In this document: positions 26,189 to 39,062 of the stretch, one piece after another
Numbering within the stretch: the stretch's first letter is position 1
Layout: each line of letters starts with the position of its first letter
DNA from: Octopus bimaculoides
Taxonomy: Eukaryota
DNA: 64,000 nt
Assembly: GCF_001194135.2 (NCBI RefSeq)
Contig: NC_068985.1
Coordinates: forward strand, 71,450,528-71,514,527
Direction of reading: 5' to 3'
Notes under the pieces: model-generated
Databases searched by the model: none
What the model was told of the DNA's origin: nothing
The model's input: only the letters and a program-made list of their open reading frames with translations
Translations under genes and position numbers: made by a program

Positions 26189-27679
26189 GCACATATATGG
26201 TAGTGGAAGTGGGGAGAAAATATGGCAGGGCAATTGAGGACAATATTGTAGATTTTATCGCACTTGAAGTCCCTATGAGATATGCAAAACAAATGTAAAC
26301 ACTTCCAAATTCCAAGGGACTTTCAAGTGCTATTCCTTTTAAGTGCAGGTTATGATTCCATGCCGTTAAGTGGATAAGAGATAAAGTCTTCCGTTGCTCT
26401 GGATTGGCTACCAGTCAATACCCAGTTGACATTCTCTTGTGATACGGAGCTAATTTCTGTAGTATAAAAAGTTTAACGCAGAAAACAAAAATAAAGAAAT
26501 CAGTGCAACGCCTTTCAACGATTTAATCTCACCGTGCTTCATCCGCAAGTAACTCACTCTGCACTATGTTTGCAATCTCCTGCACCAAGTACACCACATC
26601 GAGTCAACTATCTTCTAAAAGAAATAGAAGGATAAAGAGATGACGAGTAATGCAGATCTATATGCATTTTATTTGAAAATAACATTGGATGGTTATGGCT
26701 GAACAGCCTTTGAACATAAGTCCTTTTTTGATCATAACGGTATTTGGGTAAAATAACAACAATAACAGACCAGTTCATTGCATTTCGAATCGGTGGCGAT
26801 GTGCTGAATGGTGTAACAAAAAATATTCTGTGAATTCGAATTTGCTTTTTAATCGGAGGAAAAAAGAACAAAATCTCAGATAATTACAAGCAATTAAGGA
26901 TTATTTTCGCAAAAAAAATTTAATTCATTCGAAGAAAGGATATTTGTTTTCTATCAGCTGGCAAGGTGACTACTACATCTGTGTTTCTGTGTATTTAGAT
27001 CAAAAGGTCAGAGAAGATAAATTAAATGATTGTGAATGTTTACAGCAGAATCAAATATTTTTGAGTTATAGATTTATTTGAGATCCTTTCTACAAAGTGG
27101 GACAATTTATGTAATGGCTTAGTCAGAATCTCAAAGACAACATTCCTGGGTCTCTGAGATTAGTGGGCGGAAAAGAGGAAATTATCTACCGACAAGAGAA
27201 TTGGCCTGAATACTTGCAGCATCTAGGCTATGAGTGCCTGAAGTAGAATCCACTTTTGCGAGTATTCGTGCCTCTTACCTCACTAAAACTGGAACCGATC
27301 CATCCAGCCAGTTTCTATATAGTTTCTACTTACTGAATGTCAACGAACAAACGTAATTCAGAACCGAAGCTATCAGAGTAGACATTTGCTCGAAATGCTA
27401 CTCAGTGAGATCGAACACAAAACCACATAGTTGCGAGGCGAACTTCTTAACCACACTGCCATGCCTGACGTTAAAATTTGGAATTGATTCACTGCCATAT
27501 TGTTGTAGTCAGAAAACCACACGTTTAGCGGTGTGGGGTAGCTATTATCGATTATATCTACCTAAATTTTCCACTGGTGTTCATTTTATCGACTTTCGAA
27601 GGATCAAAGTCAAAGCCGTCTTATGTGGGATTTGAAATCAGATTACAAAATGATTATTACTCGTTTTAGCTCTTATGGC

Positions 27680-28458
27680 GATGGCTGATACAATCGGTAG
27701 AGCGGCCAACAAAATGACGTGTGACTTTTAATTATGACTTTCGGTTGATGCTTTGAGTTCAAATTCCGCGCGGGTCAAGTTTGCTTTCATCCTTGCAGGA
27801 TCGATAAAACAAAGTGCCAGTCAAGTATCGGGTCGATATAATCGATACACTGCAAGGCAATTAATCCGTCCCTTTACCAGTTGTGCCTTCCACAGCCCTT
27901 ATAATATAGATTTCTAACATAGACACAGCAGTCACACATTTTGTGGGAGGGAACAGGCGATTAAATCTACTCCAGTACTTAAATGGTAATTTATTTTATC
28001 AACACACGACAGGATGAAATACAAAGCAATTTTCGGCAAAATAATGATCAAAACGATGATTATTTCTTACGTAGGAGAAAAAATTGTGGGGACGGAGACA
28101 ATCGACTATATCAATCTCAACTTAAATGGTATTTTATTTTATCGACCCCCAAAAGAATAAAAAGCAAAGCTGACAGCGCCGAGACATGAAATCACAAGTG
28201 TAAAGAGTCAGGACAAATATTGCAAGATATGCTTTTTTCTGACTCTCTAACAAGTTGGCTGGATCGTTAGCATGCCGGACGAAATGTTTAATTGTATTTC
28301 GCCCGTCGCTGTGTTCTGAGCTCAAATTCCGCCGAGGTCGACTTTACTTTTCATCCTTTTGTGGTCGATAAAATAAGAACCAGTTGAACACTGGGATCGA
28401 TGTAAACGACTAGTCTCCTGCCCCAAAACTAGTGCCCTTGTGGCAAAATTTGAAACTA

Positions 28459-28460
<2 letters not shown>
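27680..28460. mobile_element. Cluster of four family B SINE pieces in alternating orientation (+ 27680-27860, - 27925-28020, - 28060-28255, + 28255-28460)
   Basis: TTGAGTTCAAATTCCGC...CTTTCATCC...GATCGATAAAA motif and its reverse complement TTTTATCGACCCC recur. Confidence 0.75.
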
Positions 28461-28498
<38 letters not shown>

Positions 28499-28819
28499 AC
28501 AAAAGGAACGAACAAACGCAAGAGAAGCGAGAAGAGAAGGGATTGTGATAGTAAAAGAATCAATTAATTTGGTGAAAAACTTGTTTTTAAGGGTTTCCTG
28601 ATATCAACAATGTTATATTAAGTAATTTCATGTTAAAGGCATCAATATTGTGGTGATACAAAGCTGAAGAATAATGGCCCCAGGTAGGAAAGGAAGCTGA
28701 GGTATAAAGGGATGTAAGGGGACAAACTAGCTTAATTAACTTCTTAATTAATTTTGACGAAGGTTCGGCAATTAGGTTTGATATCTGCTCCCAAATTAAC
28801 CCATGTATTAAACGGAGCG

Positions 28820-29050
28820 TCTATGCGATCGGTCGGTCGACCTTTTCAGCCTGTTAGAACTCAAAGTCAAATCTCCCTCAAATTGCAACCTGCTGCTGTC
28901 TTAATAAAGGTAAGGTAGGTTGGATAATAGCGTATTCCTAGATAGATTGTGCCAGAAACAAAACTACATAAACGGAATAGTCACAGCTAGAACATCTTTG
29001 ATCATAAGTCTGTTCGAGTAAAATTGACTTCAGGCTAAATAGCAGCAACA
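28820..29050 (+). mobile_element. AAC-tailed retroposon copy; an opposite-strand copy lies at ~29500-29640
   Basis: AAATCTCCCTCAAAT...TTGGATAAT...CTTTGATCATAAGTCTGTTCGA...GGCTAAATAGCAGCAACAAC. Confidence 0.65.
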
Positions 29051-29664
29051 ACGAGAAGAAACACTCAACATAATTTGCATTGTCGCTCGAGCTGGTAGCA
29101 GTAGATCACACCCGACCTGAAGCTCAACAACAACAACAGCTGCATCCTACACGACAGGCCTGCTATTACATCAGATTCTTGCACCACCACCACCACCACC
29201 ACCACTACTATTACTTCTACTTTAGCAGCGACTGCTACCGTAAAAGTGTTCAAAGAAGAAAGGGGAGGCCTGAACAATCAGGGATTTGGTTCTATGTTGT
29301 TATTGATTTATTAAATGTAATGGCATTGTCAATGAAATTAGTAGTTTTAGTGTTTGTACCAGCAAGAATTGGTAACTGGTCATGGTTTCTGTATCAGTAA
29401 GAACTGAAGCGGAATAAAAATTTGAAGTGATGTCTTGCCTCATCTTGCCTCGTGATGAAGTAGAGACAAAATTCATTCCCCGCATCTCTGTTATATTTTT
29501 CTTTTGTTGTTGCTTAACCTTAGATCAGGTCTAACCTGGCAAACCTATTTATTATCGAAGGCATTCCAACTCTAACTATTTTGTCATTCATGCGGATGGC
29601 GTCCCTGAATAATTTAGCGGTGTTTTATTTTGCGGTTTTCTTCTTTCTCGAGTCTATAAGCAAT

Positions 29665-29885
29665 GCAATGAGCTGGCAGAAGCCGTTAGCGTGCCGAACG
29701 AAATGCTTAGTGGTATTTCTCCCACTCTCTGCGTCCTGAGTTCAAATCACAACGACGTCAATTTGCTTTTCCTTCTTTCGTGGAGTATATAAAATACCAG
29801 TCAAATACAGAGGTCGATATAATCGATTGCCACCCCCACCTCACCCCGCCTCAAAATTGCTAGAATTGTACTAAAAATTAGAAAC
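29665..29885 (+). mobile_element. Family B SINE
   Basis: GAGCTGGCAGAAGCCGTTAGCGTGCCG...CTGAGTTCAAATC...AAATACCAGTCAA...GGTCGATATAATCGA. Confidence 0.8.
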
Positions 29886-31926
29886 ATAAAGAGAATTATC
29901 TAATATGTCCTTTCTTATTAAAGTATGTAGTGTGACTTAAGAGAAAACTTCATTGTTATTTCTAGCATAGTGACTGACCACATAAACATTTCTAATTCAT
30001 TCATTTTCCCCTTATTTTCTTTTGTGACCTTCCAACGAAAGAAGGTTACAATAATTTCATCTCTCTCTTATTATCTCTTATTATAGGTGAGGCTATTATT
30101 ATAGGTGAGGGCAGGAACGAAATTTGCTAAGCGGATGCAAACACAAATCCAACCCAGGATGTTCAAAGCGTTTTCATTGCCCCACCACCATACATTAAGG
30201 GATGCACTTGCACCCCGTGCATCCTCTGTTCCCGTGCCCATGGACCCTACTGCGTGGCATTTCAGGTGAGCGTCTTCTATGACAGCCTTGAAAGTCAACT
30301 AAAATCCTTCTCAATATCTCCAATCTCAATATCTTTATGAGCTTCTTTATAACCCATGAGTCAGGACTTCTTCTTCGAACTCCCAGCATCGAGCTTTGTA
30401 TGCCCTACAGTAATTAATAGGCTGCAGCTCCCAATAAAATATTAAACTGACTTCAACTGCTGTTAGTTTCAAATTTTGGGACAAAGCCAGCAATTTGNNN
30501 NNNNNNNNNNNNNNNNNNNNNNNNNNNNNNNNNNNNNNNNNNNNNNNNNNNNNNNNNNNNNNNNNNNNNNNNNNNNNNNNNNNNNNNNNNNNNNNNNNNN
30601 NNNNNNNNNNNNNNNNNNNNNNNNNNNNNNNNNNNNNNNNNNNNNNNNNNNNNNNNNNNNNNNNNNNNNNNNNNNNNTTTTTTTTTTTTTTTTTTGTTTT
30701 TTTACCGGTGCGGTTACGATTCTGCTAGTTCACTGCCTTCAATTCAATTACCTTTAATTGTGATTGTACTGGAGTATTCGTTTGAGGTAGTGAGCACTGG
30801 TGATGCTGGTGCTGACTGTAGTGATGGAAGTTGTAAGCCTAAGTAGTAGTAATAATACGGTTAAGTGATAGTGTTGGTGAGTGATGATCATAATGGTATT
30901 GCTGCTTTGCTGCTGGCGATAGTAGTAGTAGTAGTAGTAAGTGGTGATGGTGGTGGTGGTGGTGGTACTACCCTTGACGATAGTAACAGTGTAAGTAGTA
31001 CGGGATGTAGATGGTTGTGATAGAGGTGATGGAGGAATCTGTTAGTGATGATGAATAGCGATTGCATTGATACTGTTTTATGGTAGTAACCATGTTAGTA
31101 GCACGGATGATGGTCATAGTTGGTAGTGGTGAGGGCGGTAGGGGTGTTAATGCTGTTTGTGTGGTAGTAACCCTATTAGAAGTAAAAGCAGTGCTAAAGC
31201 GTGCGATTGCAGAAGAAGACAAGCGAACTGTAACAGGGTGATGTAGTGTGAAACGTCGGAAGGAGAGTGGTGGAAAATGTAGCTTTCCCCCCAACGGGTA
31301 AGACATTCGATGAGGGAACACTTTATTCATTCAAGGATTATCGCAAGATGAGCGATTATTGACTGTGAAATGGTGAAACACCTGAGGTGATCTTTTCTAG
31401 AAATTCTCATTAATTTATTTAGCAAGCCGTAGTCAGTTTTAGTTAATTGCTATATGGATCTCAAGAGAAACTGGTGATTATTTTAACTGTCGAAAATCAC
31501 CACAAACGTTGCTAAACAGTTGCTAAATTTAATGCAGCCTTTTACAGCTAGCAGTTTCTCAGCAGCCATGTTTGATAGTTCTACTGTTACGTTAGATTTG
31601 ATTAGATTTATAAAATAGGCAGAGAGCAATTTCCATCTTGTTTTACCCTAAAGTCATGCTTTGTCATAAATTTAGTTAATTCCTGAGAAGAAGGGTTTTT
31701 GAATTTTGTTACAAACACTGAAAGCGGTTAGGTGTGAACTTCTAGCTTAAGTATGTGTGTGCATGTGTATGCATGCAAGTATCTATGTATGTATGTACTT
31801 GTGTATGTATATGTGAGTGTTTGTATGCAGTGAATAACTGTATATTTAATATATAAATATATATATATATATATAATAATATAAATAAAATATATGTATA
31901 TGCATATATACATACATGTATATACA

Positions 31927-31960
<34 letters not shown>

Positions 31961-32056
31961 TGCATATATGGATACAGGACGTCACAAAACGTAACATATA
32001 TATATGAGTATATGTACTTATACATATATATATATATACATATATATGTATGCTTG

Positions 32057-32089
<33 letters not shown>

Positions 32090-32920
32090 NNNNNNNNNNN
32101 NNNNNNNNNNNNNNNNNNNNNNNNNNNNNNNNNNNNNNNNNNNNNNNNNNNNNNNNNNNNNNNNNNNNNNNNNNNNNNNNNNNNNNNNNNNNNNNNNNNN
32201 NNNNNNNNNNNNNNNNNNNNNNNNNNNNNNNNNNNNNNNNNNNNNNNNNNNNNNNNNNNNNNNNNNNNNNNNNNNNNNNNNNNNNNNNNNNNNNNNNNNN
32301 NNNNNNNNNNNNNNNNNNNNNNNNNNNNNNNNNNNNNNNNNNNNNNNNNNNNNNNNNNNNNNNNNNNNNNNNNNNNNNNNNNNNNNNNNNNNNNNNNNNN
32401 NNNNNNNNNNNNNNNNNNNNNNNNNNNNNNNNNNNNNNNNNNNNNNNNNNNNNNNNNNNNNNNNNNNNNNNNNNNNNNNNNNNNNNNNNNNNNNNNNNNN
32501 NNNNNNNNNNNNNNNNNNNNNNNNNNNNNNNNNNNNNNNNNNNNNNNNNNNNNNNNNNNNNNNNNNNNNNNNNNNNNNNNNNNNNNNNNNNNNNNNNNNN
32601 NNNNNNNNNNNNNNNNNNNNNNNNNNNNNNNNNNNNNNNNNNNNNNNNNNNNNNNNNNNNNNNNNNNNNNNNNNNNNNNNNNNNNNNNNNNNNNNNNNNN
32701 NNNNNNNNNNNNNNNNNNNNNNNNNNNNNNNNNNNNNNNNNNNNNNNNNNNNNNNNNNNNNNNNNNNNNNNNNNNNNNNNNNNNNNNNNNNNNNNNNNNN
32801 NNNNNNNNNNNNNNNNNNNNNNNNNNNNNNNNNNNNNNNNNNNNNNNNNNNNNNNNNNNNNNNNNNNNNNNNNNNNNNNNNNNNNNNNNNNNNNNNNNNN
32901 NNNNNNNNNNNNNNNNNNNN

Positions 32921-33225
32921 CGTACAGGTATGTGCATACCGACATCCACCTGTATGTATAGGTGCATATCTGGGTACAGGACATTGCAAACAAAACGTAG
33001 ACGAGAAAACACACAAGCCACATAGAGAACATTCTACTTCATCAGCTACCCCCGTTTTAACACCGGCGTTTCGAAGAGCTGGGCAGGACGCATCGTTAAA
33101 ACGGCTCTTCCCATGGACCGCAAATTAAATGTGTATACACAAATTAAATCTTGCCATGGAGGAATGTAGTGGCGGACAAAAAACAAGACAGGAAAACAAA
33201 CAGAAAAGGCTTTACGGCCAGACGA
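32921..33225. repeat. Longest copy of the GGGTACAGGAC family, containing a structured region with hammerhead-like boxes on the minus strand
   Basis: GCATATCTGGGTACAGGAC...CTTCATCAG...CCGTTTTAAC...TTTCG...GTTAAAACGG...AAATTAAAT...ACAGGAAAACAAACAGAAAAGGC; colinear with 61050-61410. Confidence 0.65.
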
Positions 33226-33678
33226 GAAAATATATATATATATAAATATATATATACGGTTAAATTTTAAATATCTACGAGCGCACACCTAAGACAAAAA
33301 TTTGGGAATTAATCATCTTACAGGATTTGCTCACTTTTTTATAGAAGCATATTTCTATATACATGACGTTTTTTTTGTTTTTTTTTTGTTGGTTTTTGTC
33401 ACCTATGGAATTTGAACACATACATGAACACACAACGTTGTACTTAACGAATTTGGAAATAAAGTGAAACTTCATTCCAGTATCGTATTTAAGAAGTTTA
33501 TAGTTGAATGACGTTTGTCAGTTACTTGCTCACTCCTTCAACAGCAAGTATTAAGATATACTTAAGAATTGATTTCAAATTTTGGCTCAAAGCCAGCAAT
33601 TTCAGGGGCGTGGGCGTGGGGTAATTTGACTACAATGACTCAGTGTTCAAGATACACTTAAATATTAAGATAGAGTAA

Positions 33679-33889
33679 GGCGGCGAACGGACAGAATCGT
33701 TACCAGGCCGAACAAAACGCTTAGCAGCATTTGGTCCGTCTTTACGTTCTGAGTCCAATTGCCACTGAGGTCGATTTACATTTCATCTCTTTCGGGGTCG
33801 ATAAAATAAGTAGCATTTGAGTACTGAGGTCGATGTAAACGACTTACTCCCTCCCCCAAAATACTGGCCTTGTGTCAAAATTTGAAATC
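33679..33889 (+). mobile_element. Full-length family B SINE with an 18-bp target-site duplication
   Basis: AATATTAAGATAGAGTAA at 33661-33678 and 33890-33907 flanks GGCGGCGAAC...TTTGAAATC. Confidence 0.92.
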
Positions 33890-34294
33890 AATATTAAGAT
33901 AGAGTAAAAGAATAGTTAAATAGTAGCAAACAACTTTCCCCTCTTCCCCTCCCTCTCTCCTCTTTTCTCTCTTCCTCTCTACATCCTCTCTCTCTTTCTT
34001 TCTTCCTCTCTCTAATCTGAATATACTTACTTCTACCATGAGAGTAGTTCTGTCTAACTCATAATGATCAAGTCTTACTAACTCAATTTTACTATTCCAT
34101 ACTCATGTATTTTTAACAAGTAATACGCTAGGATTCTATTATTCTATTATTAGTTTCAGCAAGAGGCCGTATCTATGCTGGGGCACCGCCATCAGCGCTA
34201 GTGCTTGTTTATTTTAGACTCATTTCCCTGTCCTGTCTCCGAAATCGTTCCCGTCTCCGGAATTGGTCTTGATGAAGTACTGTGTTGGACAGAG

Positions 34295-34870
34295 CTGCCA
34301 TGATGTTAGTTCATATGGTATATCAGATAACAATTTGTTCGTTTGTTATTTTAACACATCCACATCTACGCCTCGTAGATCTCTGAGGGCTTTTAAGAAT
34401 GTATTAAAAGGTTGTGTGAATTTAAACCCTAAGCTGGTCGAAGATGGCGAGATATTTGGCAGTATGCTATGATGTCTACTTCGGTGATTGGTATGGCTAT
34501 TTTTTCGAAAGCTGGGTGCTGGACCTCCCAGGCTCTTCTATGTGAGTGCTTTTTTCAATTGCAGTACAATTGTATTCTTTAAAAAATTCGGGGGCACACC
34601 TGAACTAAAAATATAACTAAAAGTATAAAGGAAAAAATTATATTCAAGTTATACTGTGATACACTAGCATCATCTCGTGGCACATCAGTGTGCCACGGCA
34701 TACCTGTTGCAGAGCACTGTTCTATGTATCTCTGTATATATCACTGCATACATTTCGCACTCTCTCTCCAGTGAGTAGAGCCTCAGCTCTTTTAACCTCT
34801 CCCTGTTGTCCATCTGTTGCACTGAGGCTATCTTTTTGATGGAGTAGCGTTGGCTTCCTTTGAGTTCTGT
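34295..34870 (-). mobile_element. Decayed CR1-clade LINE ORF2 C-terminus, interrupted by a MITE
   Basis: Minus strand gives QRYSIKKIASVQQMDNRERLKELRLYSLERECEMYAVIY, matching CR1 motif QRxFTK...ERLKELxLYSLERRRER. After the MITE it gives SLGFKFTQPFNTFLKALRDLRGVDVDVLK*. Confidence 0.8.
34544..34719. mobile_element. 176-bp hAT-type MITE nested in the CR1 fragment
   Basis: Perfect 8-bp TSD TTCTATGT at 34536-34543 and 34720-34727; ends GAGTGCTTTTTTCAA / TTGCAGAGCACTG; subterminal GTGGCACA..TGTGCCAC. Confidence 0.85.
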
Positions 34871-35802
34871 CGCTAATTTGAGCTTTGTGTCGACCGTAAT
34901 TGGGAGCAGTAATTTAAGTGAATGAGTATGAATGTTCTCCATAGGAGCAACATGGTTTCCTTTTACTCGTGATATGAATGATTCCAGAATTTAACCAATC
35001 AGTCGCCAGCACTTTTGTTGCCGTCTTAGTAATATGCACACTGAACGATGCATCGCCGATCATGTGGATTCCCAAACCGACCGACAGACAGACAGACAGA
35101 TAGACAAACAGATATACAATCAGACGGACAGGCAGACCGACAGATACACAAGCCGACAGACATACAATCAGACAGACAGACCGATAGACATACAATCAGA
35201 CAGACAGATAGACAAACAGATAAATAGACTGAGAGAGAGAGAGAGAGAGATACACTCATACACATAAAAATGCGCATGCACGCACGCACACACACACACA
35301 CACACACAGTGACGCACAAATTTCCATCCGCAATAATCATAACATCTCAAGTACGATTGTGCTTTCGCACGCTATTTATATACGCTCCCCAACACGTTTC
35401 CCCACACTCTCTTTCTATATATAGATTTAATCTACCTTTTTTTCCAGCCCTTATACCATTCCCTTATTCGATGCTTCCCATCTCTCTTTCTCTCTCTCTC
35501 TCCTCCCTCCCTCTCTCCGCCCTCTTCTCTCTACTCTTCCCTGTCTCTTTCCCGTTATCTCCCCTATCTCATGTCTTTTTAATTGAAAGGTGCAAAATAA
35601 CCGAATAAATACGGTAGTTAGTAATGGACAGCAGCTGGCTTGTGTACTATTGGTTTAAGTCCAATGTGGTGATAGCTGTTGCTGTTGTTTAACCCTAAGC
35701 TAGCAATAATTAAACAAGGCTTATGATCAAAAATTTCCCAGCTGTAAAAAACAACCGTTCTTTTCCATACGAACAGGGAAACCAAATCTATATTATCTAG
35801 TG

Positions 35803-36116
35803 CGGGGTTCTCAACCATTTTTCATCTACGGGCCCTTTTGATTACTACTTATTCTGGTGGACCCACAGCTATTCAACGTTTAAAAGCTAGTTTTATAGAA
35901 ACTTCTTTCAAAATTCCTTTTTTTTTTTCTTCGCACGTTAACTGTTGATTGAACTACGTAAAATATTAAAGAAACATAGCTGTTTCTTCCAATACATACC
36001 AATACATACATCTAAAGCAAAACTGTTTTTCAGGGGCCCTTAAAATACTATTGTAGATCCCCAAAAGTTTTACATCGATCCTCAGGGACCATATGGACCC
36101 CGGTTGAGAACCACCA
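35803..36116. mobile_element. hAT (Charlie-like) MITE, ~314 bp
   Basis: Ends CGGGGTTCTCAAC / GTTGAGAACCACCA; TSD ATCTAGTG / ATCTTGTG (7 of 8); interior colinear with 46766-47058. Confidence 0.85.
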
Positions 36117-36370
36117 ATCTTGTGTTTCCTCTTCTATGACAATAAGACACGATTAGAGGAAAATTTGGTTTCTATTTCTAACAGGTTCTATTTCTCATTT
36201 TTCTGTTCATCTGTCGTCATGAAAGTGGTGGTTGTGATCAAAGGTGTCGAAACCTTGACCAATCCACCTTTTTTATCAACTGTGCACCTTAGATTACGAA
36301 CATTATGCAATGTTCCAAGCCTTTTTTTTAAGATGGTGTGCTTTGTGGAGAATTCGAATGATCACGTTTG

Positions 36371-36402
<32 letters not shown>

Positions 36403-36444
36403 CTCTCTCTCATTCTCTCTCTCTCTCTCTCTCTTGTTTGGCCT

Positions 36445-36599
36445 GACATTTAGACAGTCCTCAAATGGTACTTATTTTATCGATCCCGAAAGAATGAAAC
36501 GCTAAGTTGATCTTAGCATAATTTGAACTCAGAACGTAAAGACGGATGAAATGCAGCTAAGCATTTTGCCGGTGTGCTAACGATTCCGCCGGCTCGCCG
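36445..36599 (-). mobile_element. Family B SINE (head plus central domain)
   Basis: TTTTATCGATCCCGAAAGAATGAAA...ATTTGAACTCAGAACGTAAAGAC...GCTAACGATTCCGCCGGCTCGCC. Confidence 0.85.
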
Positions 36600-36719
36600 A
36601 TTTAATGCTACTACTATATATTAGTGATGGTTTGGAGCATAAGCTAAACAACCCGCATACAGCTCAGGACCTCAAGAGCCTTCGGGACCTCCAAATATAT
36701 ATATATATATATATATATA

Positions 36720-36880
36720 TAGACTTCTGTCACTTTCCGTCCACCATATGTACTCAAAGGGCTTAGATCGGCCCGAAGATATAGTAAAAGACATTCGCCC
36801 AAGGTGCCATACAGTGGGCCTGAACCCGGAACCATATAGTTGAGAAGCAAACTTCTTACCACACAGCCACGCCTGCACCT
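36720..36880 (-). mobile_element. Family A SINE, 5' half
   Basis: CCAAGGTGCCATACAGTGGGCCTGAACCCGGAACCATATAG...TTACCACACAGCCACGCCTGCACC. Confidence 0.85.
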
Positions 36881-38419
36881 ACTATCACTACTAATAATAC
36901 TGTCAATACTACTACCACCACCATTTTTTACTACATCCGCCACCACCACCAGTATCACGTACACCACTATGACTAACCCTTTTCTGACCACTTCTCTGGC
37001 ACTATCGGCCTGACCATAATTGCCACGACTATCATTACTACTTCGACCATCAGAGTCACCGTCTCATCTTCAATACCCTACTTCCTCCACAACCATCATC
37101 ATCATTATCATCATCACCACTACCATCACCACCACCACCACGAATAACAAGTATTACCTTAAAGTCAGCCTAACACAGTCACCACTATCGTCACAACATT
37201 CACAAACACTGCAACGACTACCCTAACCCCCACCACCATCCATTAATACTACCCCCATCCCCACTACTACCACTACCACCACCACTACCACCACTACTAC
37301 CATCATTACTATTTCCACCTTCCATTAACAATCACCGCAACCATCCCACCATCCATATCGCTTTTCCTCACATCATGTTTCAAATTTCTCTTTTTCAACA
37401 AATACTCTTCTCACTCCCCCTCCTCCCCCTCCAAACTCCCATCCAACCAGTCCTCCCACCCCTTATCACAACCCCCTTTTGTCTACTCGTGTCATATCAC
37501 CTTCTTCAACACCACACACACACACCGCCAACACGACCACCATCACCACAATATTTTATCAGTATATCTGTTTCATTGATTCTCTGTATGTAGACATTGT
37601 GTCTATTATGGTGGTGGTAGTAGTGGTAGTGGTGGTGGTAGTGGTAGGGCATGAGGGATGATGGGGAATATAGTCTGACATCTCTCTCTGTCTCTCTGTC
37701 TCTCTCTTTCTCTTTGTTATCTCTCTATCTTTCTCTCTATCTCATACATTTCTCCTCATCTCCCCATACACTTTTCGACTAGTTTTGCTGGCCTGCCCCT
37801 TGTCAACAGCAAGCAACATAAACAACAACAAAAAAACGTTATGATGTATCTTGAACCCTATTTAAAGGTACATTTAATTTCCCTTCTACCTCATCAACAC
37901 ACCATTATCATCATCTACTTTGCACCCCGATCATATTTTAAATTACGACTACCACTACTGCTACTGTTACTATAACAACCGCTGAAGTATTGCGATATAG
38001 CGTACTTTGAAGTTGGGAGAATTGGACAAAGTGCCTGGCAGTATGAAGTGAAGTTCCTTTACATTCTGTGTTCGAATCCTGCCGAGGGCAACTTTGCTTT
38101 CATCCTTTCAGAGTCGATAAAATTAAAAGTACCACTCAAGTACAGGAACCCATATAATCGACAATACTGCTCCCTCAGATTGGAAGCCTTGTGCCTCTGC
38201 TGGGAATTACTAAGTATGTGGATATGACATGGTGAATGCTGTATGGATAAAATTTAACAAGTAAAAAGCACTCTACGAATTGTGTCTCTGCTTTATTAAA
38301 ATTCTTCCTAGAAGCAGGGAGCTGGTTGCCAACAAAAGAAACCGAAACTTTATCACTGGAATTGAGATTACAATTACGATAATTGTTACATTCTGAACTT
38401 TACAAATGTTATTTCGTCT

Positions 38420-38637
38420 CTTCTTTTATTTGTTTTAGTCATTTGATCGCGGCCATGCTGGGGCGTCACCTTAAATGGTTTTAGTCGAACAAATTTACCC
38501 CCAGGACTTTTTTTTAAAGCCTGGCACTATTCTATCGGTTTCTTTTGCCGAACCGCTAAGCTACAGGGACGTAAACACACCAACACCATTTGTCAAGCGG
38601 TGGTGGAAACAAACACATGTACACACACACACACACA

Positions 38638-38672
<35 letters not shown>

Positions 38673-38770
38673 AGACGGGCTTATTCACAGCTTCTGTCCA
38701 CAAAATCCATTCATAAGGCTTTGGTTCTGAACCATGTGGTTGAGAAGCAAGCTTCTTATCACACAGCCAC
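38420..38770 (-). mobile_element. Family A SINE with internal deletion
   Basis: GCGGCCATGCTGGG...GAACCGCTAAG...CAAGGC-like tract TAAGGCTTTGGT...TTATCACACAGCCACG. Confidence 0.8.
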
Positions 38771-39062
38771 GTATATTTTTGCATATTTTTTACTGTTTCG
38801 CTAATAGATTGTCTATAAACTGCTGGCCTGGTTATTTACGTAAAAAATCTTGGCATTTCCAACTAGTCGCTTGGATATTAATATAGCTAAGTGCATCACT
38901 GATTATTGGTATAAATGTGAAATTATAATCAGTGTCGAGAAACTGCAGGTTTCAAGGGAGATGTCTATAAACATTCTTCTTCTCACCAATCTTTGGTCAG
39001 CTAACTTCTGTGACTAAACTTATTTTTATTTTCTGCTCAAATAAATTATCACGTCAAGTAAT

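Noticed and set aside
33052-33110. HDV-like ribozyme interpretation of the pseudoknot
   Set aside because: No P3/L3 with the P1.1 CC/GG pair and no GG after the P1 3' strand on the minus strand, the only strand examined in detail.
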